From contig JAZDHZ010000036.1 of the NCBI GenBank assembly GCA_043805415.1, positions 4,194-68,193 on the forward strand: a stretch of DNA of 64,000 nt, in the 5' to 3' direction. Positions within the stretch are counted from its first letter, which is position 1. The number at the start of each line of letters is the position of its first letter. Source of the DNA: Candidatus Omnitrophota bacterium. GTDB taxonomy: Bacteria > Omnitrophota > Gorgyraeia > B26-G9. Positions 28,157-39,600 of the stretch are shown here, one piece after another. The position numbers and the translations under genes were made by a program. The notes below the pieces were generated by a model, which saw nothing but the letters and a program-made list of their open reading frames with translations, had not been told where the DNA came from and searched no databases.

Positions 28157-29931
28157 AAAAATATAAAATAGTTTTTATTGGGGCATTACTCTTGCTGATA
28201 TTTAATCCCTTAAATATCTTTGCTCAGGAATACACTGAGACAAGCGCGGAATCTGAGGACCTAATTTCTTTAAGTTTTCAGGATGCTGATATAAATCAAG
28301 CGATAAAGGTATTAGGCGATTTAACCGGTACAATAATAATTCCCAATGAAGATCTAAAAGGCACGATTTCCATAGTAAGCATGGAAAAAGTTAAACCAGA
28401 CACAGTAATTAATGTCCTGGAGAGCGCGTTAATGATCAGAGGATTTACCGTGGTAAAATCAGGAGAAGCTTTAAAGATAGTCCCTATCTCTGATATTAAG
28501 CAATCAAATGTCGAAGTTCAAATCGGAAGCTGGCCTGGGTTTATAAAAGATCAGGATATTGTGATTACACAAGTAATGCCGCTGAAATACTCTTCGGCGA
28601 TTAAAATTAAGAATGAACTTCAATCCTTAATCGGAAAACATGGAAATATTCTGGCTAATGAACGCACAAATACTATTATTATAACCGATAGCTCTTCAAA
28701 TATAAAACGCTTAGCTACTATAATTTCCCAGGTTGACCGGCCTTTGCCTGCCGCGATGCAAGTAAAAACATTTGTGGTTAATTATGGCGACGCGGTAAAA
28801 ATAGCAAAAATTTTAAATGACCTTTCCAAAGAAGATAAAGAGGCCAGATATCCGGAATTCAGTGAGCTTGGTTTAGGCGATATTCCTTTAGAGGTTTTTG
28901 GCGGAATAGAAGCTTACTCTGAGGAAGAAACAAATTCGATAGTGGTCGCTACTGCTCTGGTTAACTTCCCGGCCATTGAGCGTTTAATAAATAAACTCGA
29001 TGTCTTCCCTCCGCAAGCAATGATTGAAGTAGTGCTTATGGATGTTACCCTAAGTGATGATTTAACCATGGGAGTTGAATATGGTTCCTCAACTAACCCA
29101 ACACTTACAACCGAAGGAATTAAATCCGGGAGCAATGATCAGAATATATTCCACTCTCTGCTTAATTTATCGACTGAAGCTTCCACGCAAGGATTTACTT
29201 ATCGAATTTTAAGTCAAAATGAGCGGACCAATCTCTTGGGATTTATTTTAAAAACTCAGGAAAATACTAAGGTCCTGTCTACTCCCCGGATTTTAGCATC
29301 AAATAACCAGGAATCTTCGATTACTGTGGGACAGGAAATTCCGATTATTGAATCATCAGTCACGGATTTAGTTAATAATGTTACAACCGTGAATTTTAAA
29401 TACCAGGATGTCGGGCTGGGACTTAAAGTCACTCCGCGCATAAGCCAGGATGGTTTTGTTAATTTAAAAGTTCACGCTGAGTTAAAAGACTTAAGCGCTA
29501 AAACTTTATTTGACGCGAGTATCATTAATAAACGCGAAGCCAATGCCACTGTTATGGTCCCGGATGGATATACGGTTGTCCTTGGCGGGCTAATGCGTGA
29601 CAATGATAGTATAATTGAAAACAAGGTGCCTTTACTTGGGGACATCCCTTTTTTAGGGAATTTATTCAAGAAAACTAAAACCACAACATTAAAAACAGAA
29701 CTGCTTATATTTCTCAGTCCCAAAATACTTAAAAGCATAAAAGAACTTCAGGAAATTACCCAAGCATCTAAAGATAAACTGGATATTATCGGACAAGCGC
29801 AAACAACTCAAGAGTTAAAATCAGCTGTAAAAACTACCGTTGATCCTAAGGCTAAAAAACTAATCAAGGAAAACCAAAAAATAAAGAATAAACATAAGAA
29901 AAATAAACTGGAAAAAGAAGAGAAAAAATGA
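28153..29931 (+). CDS. gspD: T2SS secretin
   Basis: Signal peptide, LSFQDADI (N0), N domains (NERTNTIII), QAMIEV, LSTPRI, GLKVTPRI, VPLLGDIPFLGNLF, ELLIFLSPKI. Confidence 0.95.
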   Translation: MKKYKIVFIGALLLLIFNPLNIFAQEYTETSAESEDLISLSFQDADINQAIKVLGDLTGTIIIPNEDLKGTISIVSMEKVKPDTVINVLESALMIRGFTVVKSGEALKIVPISDIKQSNVEVQIGSWPGFIKDQDIVITQVMPLKYSSAIKIKNELQSLIGKHGNILANERTNTIIITDSSSNIKRLATIISQVDRPLPAAMQVKTFVVNYGDAVKIAKILNDLSKEDKEARYPEFSELGLGDIPLEVFGGIEAYSEEETNSIVVATALVNFPAIERLINKLDVFPPQAMIEVVLMDVTLSDDLTMGVEYGSSTNPTLTTEGIKSGSNDQNIFHSLLNLSTEASTQGFTYRILSQNERTNLLGFILKTQENTKVLSTPRILASNNQESSITVGQEIPIIESSVTDLVNNVTTVNFKYQDVGLGLKVTPRISQDGFVNLKVHAELKDLSAKTLFDASIINKREANATVMVPDGYTVVLGGLMRDNDSIIENKVPLLGDIPFLGNLFKKTKTTTLKTELLIFLSPKILKSIKELQEITQASKDKLDIIGQAQTTQELKSAVKTTVDPKAKKLIKENQKIKNKHKKNKLEKEEKK

Positions 29932-29977
29932 GTTGATGTTTGTTTAAATATAATATATATTAAAACAAGGTGAAATT

Positions 29978-30145
29978 ATGGACAAAAAAGATCAAAAGCC
30001 AAAACAGAAAAAAAAGTATCAGCCGCCACGCGTTGATACTCGGGAAATTTATGAAATAAACGCGTTAGGCTGCGCTAAATGTGTTAATGCTAGCAGCATC
30101 TCGCTGAGTGTCAGCTGTGTTCGCGGATCAAAAAAATATTCCTGA
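29978..30145 (+). CDS. Putative RiPP precursor peptide, 55 aa; not in the track
   Basis: AAGGTG RBS; MDKKDQKPKQKKKYQPPRVDTREIYEINALGCAKCVNASSISLSVSCVRGSKKYS. Basic leader with a YxxP motif and a Cys/Ser-rich core. Confidence 0.75.
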   Translation: MDKKDQKPKQKKKYQPPRVDTREIYEINALGCAKCVNASSISLSVSCVRGSKKYS

Positions 30146-30152
30146 ACATAAA

Positions 30153-30710
30153 TCACTGAAACACACCAAAAGCATTCTGCGTATCACTCCAGGAAGTAAT
30201 TGAGTAACTAGTTGCCGCAGAAGCACCTGCTGAGCCTAGCTGAGCATCATAATGAATTCCGCCCTGACCGCTGATTGTAACTGTGTTTCCGACAAAAGCC
30301 CCATACAATGCTCCCTGTCCGGTAAGTTTTAAATCTGAGTCCGGAGCATATATAGCGCCATAAAAATCTCCTTGTCCGGCTAATTTAATATCTTGCGCTA
30401 CGCCAGTGCCGTACATAATCAGATTTGACGGAACGCTGGTTGCGTTAGTTATTCCTTGGCCAGTTAAACTCACATCTCCGTCAAAATAAATATTAACCGG
30501 CCCAGCGCTGGCCGGATCAATATAAACCTGAGCTTGACCAGATATACTTATCGCGGTGGTTCCGGTTAAATAAAGATTTATCGGTCCAGTAAGGGTAACC
30601 GTCTTCTGTCCCGAGAGATTAATCATCCAGTATTGATAATCTCCTGGAGACAAAGTGGTTGTGCTGGAAATACTGCCTAAATTAGTTAATGTAGTTAAAC
30701 TTGTAGGCAC
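30153..30710 (-). CDS. C-terminal fragment of a PilX-like minor pilin (beta-solenoid SGQ/TGQG repeats)
   Basis: FYGAIYAPDSDLKLTGQGALYGAFVG..IHYD. No RBS; the frame stays open upstream into the end of the preceding ORF. Confidence 0.75.
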   Translation of the reverse strand: MPTSLTTLTNLGSISSTTTLSPGDYQYWMINLSGQKTVTLTGPINLYLTGTTAISISGQAQVYIDPASAGPVNIYFDGDVSLTGQGITNATSVPSNLIMYGTGVAQDIKLAGQGDFYGAIYAPDSDLKLTGQGALYGAFVGNTVTISGQGGIHYDAQLGSAGASAATSYSITSWSDTQNAFGVFQ

Positions 30711-30741
30711 AGAAACAGTTGTTAAAGTCGGTTTATCTTCT

Positions 30742-31365
30742 TCAATCTGAATAATACGTTGCCGCCGGAGCAGTTTCTCCTACCGGAATATTGATATCCC
30801 CATCAACATAAGCCTGGCCTGAACCGGAAAATTCCGTATTACTGCCCACATCTCCATCTGAACCCACATTACTGCCTCCATACGCGCCTAAAGATGAATC
30901 ATAGCTGTCAGTAGCGCCTTGACCGCTAATCGACATTGTTCCTTCCGCAAAAGCTGCGTACTTAAATAGAGAATTGTTTGCTTTTGCTGCAATTACCTCA
31001 AGCTTACGAGTTAATGGATTTGTTGCTGCTCTGTTTGGGAAAAATCCAGTTGATTCAATCCGGACATTAGAATTCACGTAATCATAAACAGTTATATCAT
31101 AATCACCCGCAGCACCCAAAGATCCTTGCAGGATTTTATTATTTCCCTGAGTTGTCCATCCTGTCCAAGCTCCTGCTCCATTATTAAGCTCATACAAGGC
31201 TGTAGCCAGCCCTGATTCAGCCATCCAAAACGCGCGGGTCTGATCAACAAAACCTTCTGTTCTTTTATTTGCTACTGCTCCTCGCAAAAGCAAAGCACTG
31301 GCCAGAATAGTCAAGATAATAATAATAACCAGATTTAAAGCCATAGCAAAGCCTTTTTTATTCAT
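30742..31365 (-). CDS. N-terminal fragment of a PilX-like minor pilin
   Basis: KKG|FAMALNLV without E5, AFWMAESGL, and the same SGQ repeats as the downstream fragment; stops mid-domain. Confidence 0.8.
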   Translation of the reverse strand: MNKKGFAMALNLVIIIILTILASALLLRGAVANKRTEGFVDQTRAFWMAESGLATALYELNNGAGAWTGWTTQGNNKILQGSLGAAGDYDITVYDYVNSNVRIESTGFFPNRAATNPLTRKLEVIAAKANNSLFKYAAFAEGTMSISGQGATDSYDSSLGAYGGSNVGSDGDVGSNTEFSGSGQAYVDGDINIPVGETAPAATYYSD

Positions 31366-31376
31366 TATAAACCTCT

Positions 31377-31847
31377 CTAACTTCGTAAAGAAATTTTTTC
31401 TTTTAAAGGAAAAACCATATCCCCTGATCTTAATCTAATCCGTGCCCGGATTTCAATTTCCAGCAGATTTCCGGTTAGGGTAAAAATCAGTGAATCCACA
31501 TTAATTGCTAAAACCTGCTGATTGCCCGGAGGATGCTCCCGGACAATCTGGTTATTAACAATCGAATATCTTATATTGCTTGAATTTACCAAAGGATTAA
31601 CACTTTGGGGAATTATAAAATCAATCTGCGTATTTGCTGAACTTATAGTAATATCCGCCATTTTTGACTGACGCAATTCTTTGACCATTGCCCCCATTGT
31701 TTGCTGGATAATCCGCTGCTTTTCCATTAAAGCCTGATTAGAATCATAAACATTTCTCCCTACTTCAAAAGCCGAGAATAAAGCAATAACCATTCCAGTC
31801 ATAATAAAAACAGAAACTAATAATTCTACTAATGTAAATCCCTTCAT
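31377..31847 (-). CDS. Minor pilin (PilW-like)
   Basis: MKG|FTLVELL; MVKELRQS. Confidence 0.85.
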   Translation of the reverse strand: MKGFTLVELLVSVFIMTGMVIALFSAFEVGRNVYDSNQALMEKQRIIQQTMGAMVKELRQSKMADITISSANTQIDFIIPQSVNPLVNSSNIRYSIVNNQIVREHPPGNQQVLAINVDSLIFTLTGNLLEIEIRARIRLRSGDMVFPLKEKISLRS

Positions 31848-32273
31848 TTAATCTGTCCTCAGCATTTCTAAAGTATAAGTTCTGTTTGTTCCTCTGCGGT
31901 CCAGCCAGTTTACCTCTAATCTGATTTGCAAAGGATTGCCTGTATTCACCGGCGTTGTAACAATGTTTTCCGCATTCAGACCGGTAAAATTATAGGGATT
32001 TCCCGAAAGCTGATTCGCGTTAAAATCCCAATTATGGTTACTAATATCTGTCTCAAGATTTGTAAACGCAGCATCTCTTATCTCCTCGAGAATGTATTGT
32101 CCGTGCATAGCGGCAAAAGTTTTCTCTTGATTCAATTCATTAAGCAATGCGATATTACTTAATGTGCCTAAAATTGCGACAAGCGCAACTGCCGCGACAA
32201 ATCCAGCTACTAAAATTTCTGCCAGCGTAAAGCCTTTTTTTGATTTTACTTTCATCTCTGTTCCTTTAATCAT
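31848..32273 (-). CDS. Minor pilin (PilV-like)
   Basis: KKG|FTLAEIL; ILEEIR; short C-terminal LEVNW domain. Confidence 0.85.
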   Translation of the reverse strand: MIKGTEMKVKSKKGFTLAEILVAGFVAAVALVAILGTLSNIALLNELNQEKTFAAMHGQYILEEIRDAAFTNLETDISNHNWDFNANQLSGNPYNFTGLNAENIVTTPVNTGNPLQIRLEVNWLDRRGTNRTYTLEMLRTD

Positions 32274-33403
32274 TCAAATGAATATAACTTCCCATCAATT
32301 GTTGCAATAAATAATTTTCCGTCTGATATTGCCGGAGATGAAAGCACTCCGGCACCTAATTCATGCTGCCATTTCAACTGACCAGTTGTAATTTCAAAAC
32401 CTTTTAGCATTCCTTTAGCTGAAGCAACATAAACAATATCTTCGGTAACACAAGCAGAAGATGAAAATCCATAGCGCGCTGCCGGTCCTAAAACTTGTTT
32501 CCATTGCAAAGCTCCATTTAAAGCATTTAAACAGTAAATATACTGTTGTTCATAGCCAGCAACTATACATAGTCCATTATCTGATACTGCAACCGTGGAT
32601 ACATAATTAGGCGTTGGCTGATTATCTTCAATCGCGTACTTCCATGCCTCAGTTCCTTTATCAATATTAAGCGCGTAAACAGACCAATCAAAATCACCAG
32701 CAGCAATATACAACTTATTTGAATCAATAGCTGGGGATGCCATATAAATACCGCCCTTGGTCTGATATTTCCACACCAAAGCTCCGGTTTCTTTATTTAA
32801 ACAATACACATAACCGTCATTAGATCCAATATATAATTCATCTCCGGATAATGCTGCCGATGAATATACCATTTGATTTGTTTCCACTTTCCATATTTCT
32901 TTTCCAGTTTGACTATCCAAGGCATAAATAAACTTATTCGGAAAACCACTGGCACAAAAAACTTTATTACCTTCAACCAAGGGTGATGAAAAATCAGTGC
33001 CACCAGTTGTATATTTCCATAAAAGCTTTCCATCCTCAAAGTTTAAACAATAGAAATTGCCGTCTCTTGAGCTAATATAAACTTTATCATTAAAAGCAGC
33101 CGGCGAAGCGTCGACCCATCCGCTGGTTTTGAATTTCCAGTTTAAACCGCCGGTTTCGGCATTAACACAATAGATAAACTCATCTCTTGAGCCGATTAAT
33201 ACCGCGTTTTTATAAACACTCGGCGATGAAATAATTTTTCCCTGTGTGCTGAACTGCCACTTTTGTTTTAAAGGCGGCTGCAGGATTTCATTATCCTGAG
33301 CTTTATGCAAAGCATCATTACGGAACATCGGCCAGTCCGCGGCAAATGCCGGTACAGCACACAAGATTACGATTAAAATTAAGACGCAAATAATCCTTTT
33401 CAT
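32270..33403 (-). CDS. Secreted PQQ-like (BamB-type) beta-propeller protein
   Basis: Signal peptide AFA|ADWPMFR; repeated SSP..VYIGS.DG..YCLN..TG...W blades. Confidence 0.92.
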   Translation of the reverse strand: MKRIICVLILIVILCAVPAFAADWPMFRNDALHKAQDNEILQPPLKQKWQFSTQGKIISSPSVYKNAVLIGSRDEFIYCVNAETGGLNWKFKTSGWVDASPAAFNDKVYISSRDGNFYCLNFEDGKLLWKYTTGGTDFSSPLVEGNKVFCASGFPNKFIYALDSQTGKEIWKVETNQMVYSSAALSGDELYIGSNDGYVYCLNKETGALVWKYQTKGGIYMASPAIDSNKLYIAAGDFDWSVYALNIDKGTEAWKYAIEDNQPTPNYVSTVAVSDNGLCIVAGYEQQYIYCLNALNGALQWKQVLGPAARYGFSSSACVTEDIVYVASAKGMLKGFEITTGQLKWQHELGAGVLSSPAISDGKLFIATIDGKLYSFE

Positions 33404-33457
33404 ACAAACTCCTCGATTATAGTATAAACTCTAAACAGTAAATTATAAACATAAATA

Positions 33458-33694
33458 ACAAGTCCCCAGGACAAAAGGTCACCCGGTCACAAGTAAACAG
33501 CCAACGGTCGATAGTCAATAGCCGATTCGTTAGGCAAAAATTCTCTTTGAGCGGCGGTCTAGAATCAAGCATTTTTGTTTTTCTGCTTTTCCTAATCGCT
33601 AAACGTTTATCCTGAGCAAAGTCGAAGGGCTATTCGCTAATCGCCGCTTTTTTTGTTTTTCCTAACCGCTAAACGCTAATCGCTATCCGCTGCT
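33458..33694. repeat. Intergenic repeat mosaic including a CCTGAGC..GTCGAAGG REP-like unit
   Basis: GGTCAC-type units as at 17770-17805; TTTTCCTAA(T/C)CGCTAAACG twice; TCCTGAGCAAAGTCGAAGGG at 33610-33629. Confidence 0.8.
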
Positions 33695-36600
33695 TTATTT
33701 TACCGCTTTAAATGAATATATTTTACCAGAATCTGGACCAACAAGGACATAAGTCTCTTGCACATCCCAGGTCTCAGTATTATATATCAAATGCAACGCT
33801 GCTCCGCCTTTAATCGCAGCGCCTGTATCATAAGGCCATCCTGGGACAATCTGGCCTGTAGCTACATCAACCGCATAGAATTTACCATTATCCGCGCCAA
33901 AATAAACTATGCCGTTCTCAACCAGCGGCCAGGAATCAATTGGCGAACCAACATCAACTGGAAAATTCGGTTTCATACTGCCATCCGTAATACTGACCGC
34001 GTACAGTTTTCCATCCTGCGATCCAAAAAATACATAACGGGATCCTGTATCAAACCAGGGAGCTGAGTAAACCGCGCCGCCTACAGAGATTGGATTAACT
34101 GTCCAGCCTGTATCAGCACTGTCTGAGCTTAAATTTGAGGTATTAACCGCATAAAATTTCCCATTTGTTGTACCAAATAGCATTAATCGCCTTGAACTGC
34201 CGACACTTGGGTTTTGCAAAGTAATAGTTGGTGCTGTTTTAATTGCCCCTTCTGAGCCAAACCCTGTATCAAATGTGCGTGCGCCTGTTCCATCAACTGC
34301 TTTAAAACCATAAACTTTTCCGTCACTGGCCCCAAAATATATTTCATCATAATCTAAAGTTGGAACATAAATCATGGCTGGGGATGATTCAATAGCACCG
34401 CCGACAGCAGCCGGAGCTCCCCAGGCATCTGTTCCATCGGCAGAATCAATACAATAGATATTATTCGCGGTTGTGCCAAAATATACCCCAGAAACATAGT
34501 CATACAAGACTGTGGTTGTAAGCGACTCACCCATTACTCTATTCCATCTAAGCGTATTATCTGCCCATAATCCATATACTGTCTTGCCTACAGTTCCAAA
34601 ATAAACAATATCTTTTAAATCCGCGCCGTCAATATCAGTTGATGGATATGGCAAGCCTCTAATCTTTCCGGAAGTTGTGAAACTAGTCTCAAGTTCATGT
34701 GTATCGCCATTTAAGATATATAGATTATTATCATCTGATCCAATATATATTTTATTTTCCATTCCCCAATAAGCTATCGGAATACTGCGTATTGGGCCAA
34801 GCACATTCGCCCCTGTAGGATATATCCAATCCGCGTTTAGGGTGCTAATACTCACATTGGCCGATACATTAGCTATTGAACTTACATCTGCTTGAGAGCT
34901 TGAATCCACACCCGATGCATTTCCCGTAAAATTAACTGTTCCGGAAGTTATCCCTGCTTTATATGTCCAAATAAAATTTTGCTGCGTCTGGGGAGCTATA
35001 TTCGCAGTTAATGGTATCGGGCCAGTTAAAAGATTTGCCGCAGCACTAGTCCCCCCAATAGTTATGATAGATGGAGATACTCCCTGTGCTGTAGCACCTC
35101 CTGTGTTTGCAGTATTAGTTACAGTCATTGTCACTGTTATTGTCGCGTTAGTAAGCAAAGACGATGGAGTTGCCGCAATTGAAGATGTCAAAGCTGCTGA
35201 TTCAGTTAAAATTCTGATATCGCTTGATGCTGAAGCAGCAGACGCTGTTTCGGTTGCATTAGCATGCCCGGTAAAGTTAACAATGCCTAATGTGCTTCCG
35301 GCATTATAAGTCCAGCTGAATTGCTGTGTTGCTCCTGATCCAAGAGTTGCAATACTTGCTGGAATCGGCCCTGTGGCATAAAGCGCGTCTGAAGAACTGC
35401 CTCCCACAGCCAAGCTGGATGGCGTAATATTGTTTAATATACTGCCGCCTGTATTTTGCACATTCATCGTTACTGTGATTGTATCAGATGGTTGAACTGA
35501 ACTCGGAGTTGCACTTATTGATGAAGTCATGGCATATGAAGGCGGTGATTGCACAGTTACTGAATCTTGAGCTTGAGTTGCCGTTAAAACAGCATTAGAA
35601 TTCGCATCTATTCCCTGCGCGATTCCTGCTGCAAAATTCGCAACTCCTGCCCCTGATCCATGACCAATAAATATAAATTCTTTTGATCTGCCGCCTTTTA
35701 TTGTTGCTGTTGTAGGACTTGGCCCAGAATCAATAATTGGATTAGCCGAACCAGAGGGAATAAGTACTGGAGCTACATTTAATGCATCCGCTTGCCCTGG
35801 ATTAGAAACTGTTACTTTAATAGTTATATTTTCATTTGTATTTACTGTTGCCGGCGCAGCATAGACATTTAAAGTTAAACTCGCTTTTTGTACAATCGTA
35901 ATATCATTTGAAGAAACTGTGGTTGATTTAATGATTCCATCTGTATCCGTACCCTGGGCATATCCAGCAAAACTAACTGTGCCGGCACTTGCGCCAGCGG
36001 TATATGTCCATTGAAATTGTTTTTGACCTGCTGGATCAATATTTTGCGCGCTGGGATTTGAACTTGTTGTAGCTGTTGCGCCTCCTGTTGAGCTGACAGT
36101 TAATACACTGGGGTCAACATCATTAACTAAGGAACTTCCAGTATTGTTTACTGTCATAGTAACCGTAAACTGTTGATCTGTGCTGACAATATTTTTTGAA
36201 CTTGCAACTGCAGCTGTTAGATTTCCCCTGCCGATTATGTAAGGTCCTGCATGAGTAACTGTACTTGACCAATTACCCACATTATCCACACTGCGAATAT
36301 GCCCATAATAACTTCCCGAGGCCAGATCATTTGCCGTATATGTGCCTTGACCTTGATCAACATTAATATATTGCGGAGGAATGGTTGTGGGACTTGTATT
36401 CACGATAATACTGTACCCGGCAACCCCTGATTGAGTATCCGTAACATCAGACCAGGTAAATTGGATATCATTATTAATTGATGGAACTCCCTGAGTATGG
36501 GATGAGGATGTAAGCGTTGTTACAAAATTAGGAGCAGTACTATCCAGGACTACACTAAAAGGCACATTAGCCGTGTTTCCAGCATTATCATAAACAACTG

Positions 36601-39600
36601 CATTAACATTATTATAATTTGCTCCAGATGAGGATATCTCATATGTATATAAATACTGATAAGCACCTGCATCTTCAGTTGTGTCAACACCTCCAGTACT
36701 TGTTGTTGTCGGAAATAAAGCTTCTTTTAATCCTGATGCTGCATCGCTTGCGCTAACACAAACCCGGAAAGCCGAATAAGCTAATCCGGAATAATAAATC
36801 AGATTACCGCTTACACTTAAGTAATCTCCGCCGGCATATTCAGTTATTTGGTAAATAGACGTTGCTGTGGGCGCTTGAGTATCTATGTAAAAAGGTCCAA
36901 GATGCGCGGCAGTTAAAGCCCAGTTACCTACATTATCTACACTTCTGATATGCACATAATGCGTATTGCCATTTGCTAGAACAGGGCTTGTCGCTGTATT
37001 CTGTGTTTGTTCTATATCTTTTATATTATCCGGAATTGTTGTTGGATTATTATCCCATAGAACAGAATAACCATCCAAGCCGCTGTCCGCGTCAACAGCC
37101 GGAGTCCAGCTTACAGCCACAGTATTATCTTTTGACTGAGGGTCACTCCACATACTAATCGCATTATTATGCGAGTTTGTAGCCAGGCCGGAAATATTGC
37201 CCGGAACCACAGAATCAACAATATAACTTCCCGTTGAATTCAAAACACTGTCTTCAGCTGTTGGTGAAAATTCAAAACTAATCCCATTTACCGGAACACT
37301 TAGGTCTACTGTTGCCCCATTAGTAACAGTCCCGGCTAAATCCACGGTTGCATACAATTCTTCTGTTCCGGCAATTGGAATATTCACATTAAGATCAGCA
37401 AACGTTGCTGTTCCACTTGAAAAAGTTTTTATTCCAATTTGTGAATCAACCCCTAATTCAAACTCACCTGAATTATTACTATCATAATAAAGTTTTACCG
37501 CGCTTATTTGCGCATCGAAAATTGTTCCGCTATTATTAATCGTAAAGCTCTTAACCGTATCTAAAGCCAAGACATTATTATTCGTAAGCGTAAGGTCTAA
37601 GACTAATTTATTACTTTCTCCCTGTTTTATATATCCGCTGCTAAGCGCGTTAGCAGTAATATCTACAGTAAGCGAAGAAGCCTGGACAACAAGCACTCCC
37701 TCTGTATTATCATCGGTTATTAAGCTGTCAGTGACATCAATATTCAGAGTCTGCGCTGTATTGTCTGTCAGATCAAAAGAAGCGACTCCATTGTCCTGCT
37801 GCGCGAATGTATACATTGCCGTATCCACACTTGCTCCGCCTTCTGTAAAATACCCTGCTCCGCTATGCAGCAACCAGCTGATATTATTCACATCCCCATC
37901 AGTATCTAAAATAATTGTTCCGACATAATCTATTTTTATATTGCCATATTGATCTTTTGCTGTTACATTTATCTCTTCTCCCACAGATTGAACCGCGGTT
38001 CCATCATGACTTATTGTAAAATAATTTAAGACATTTGGATTTACGGTTAAGCCCCCTTCTGTATCATCATCAAATTTACCATCACCGCTAACCGAAATAT
38101 TTAAAATTTCCGCGGTGGTATCATTAAGCGAAAGGCTAACTACCCCATTGTCTGCTGGAGCATAAGTATAAGTCGCGGTATCAGCATTTGCTCCGCCATC
38201 AATAAATGTGCCATTGCCAAAAACATTTGCCCAGGTAATTGTTGTCACGGTCCCGGTTGTATCCAAAGTTATAGTTCCGCTATAATCATTTTGGGTATTA
38301 TTATAATAATCCTTTGCGTAAATACTGATGTTTTCCGCGATACCGGCTGTAGCGCTGGAGTCATGAACAATCTTAAAATGATCTAAACCGCTGGGAGAAA
38401 CTACCATATTTCCTTCTGTATCATCATCAAATTTACCTGAACCGGAAATATCTATGTCTACAGATTCAGCAAATGTATCAGTAAACATCAGCACAACCAA
38501 ACCATTATCTCCGGCAACAAAATTATATGTTGCTGTATCAACCGATGCTCCTCCGTCATTTAAAACGCCTAATCCAGAATCCAAAGCCCAGGCAATAGAA
38601 GTCGCAGAGCCATTAGTATCTATGGTTATGGTCCCTATATAGTTAGTTTTAATGTTCGCGTATATATCATATGCTTTTACTGTAATCAATTCTCCAATAC
38701 CAGCATATGCCGCGGCATCATGACTGATGATAAATTTATCTAAAGCTCCAGCACCGACAACCAAAATACCTTCAGTATCATCATCTGCTTTGCCATCACC
38801 GTTTGCCGAGATATTCAAATTTTCTACTGTAGTATCCGTAATACTTAAAATAACTATCCCATTATCCGCTAAACTAAATGTATAATCAGCAGTATCAACC
38901 AATGCTCCATTATCATTAAATACTCCATGCCCGGAAACATTTGACCAGGTGATTGTTGTGGCTGTACCATTTGTATCTACAGTGATTGTTCCGGTATAAT
39001 TTGTAATTGTGTTGGCATAGGCGTCTTTGGCTGTGATTGTTATATTTTCGGCGACTCCGGCCTGGGCGCTGGCATCATGGTTAATCACAAACTTATTCAG
39101 CGTATTAGGAATAACAGATATATTCCCTTCCGTATTATCATCTGTCTTTCCATCCCCTGACACGGAGATATTAAATGATTCGGTTTTAGTATCCGCTATT
39201 CCCAAAGTAACTGTACCATTATCCGCGGCCGCGAATGTATAAGTCGCGGTATCAACTGTCGGCCCGCCATCATTAAATATGCCATTACCCGAAATATTTG
39301 ACCAGGCAATTGTTCCAGCAGTGCCGTTTGTATCTAAAGTTATCGTACCTGTATAATTTGCAACCGGATTATTATTCGCGTCATGGGCAATAATCGTAAT
39401 ATTCTCAACTACTCCGGCTATTGCATTAGCGTCATGGTTTATTGTAAAGTGATTTAATCCCAAAGGATTAAAAATTAAATTCCCTTCGCTATTATCATCG
39501 GTTTTCCCGCTGCCGCTGGCACTGATATTAATTGTCTGTGTCTGGGTATTAGTAATTGTCAGAACAACAATACCATTATCACTGGAGTTAAAAGTGTAGG

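Noticed and set aside
29933-29964. Dedicated promoter or operator for the precursor ORF (TTGATG-17 nt-TATATT)
   Set aside because: Very AT-rich and a weak match that leaves almost no leader; not distinguishable from chance.
30711-30744. TGA readthrough or selenocysteine joining the PilX halves
   Set aside because: The two ORFs are in different frames.
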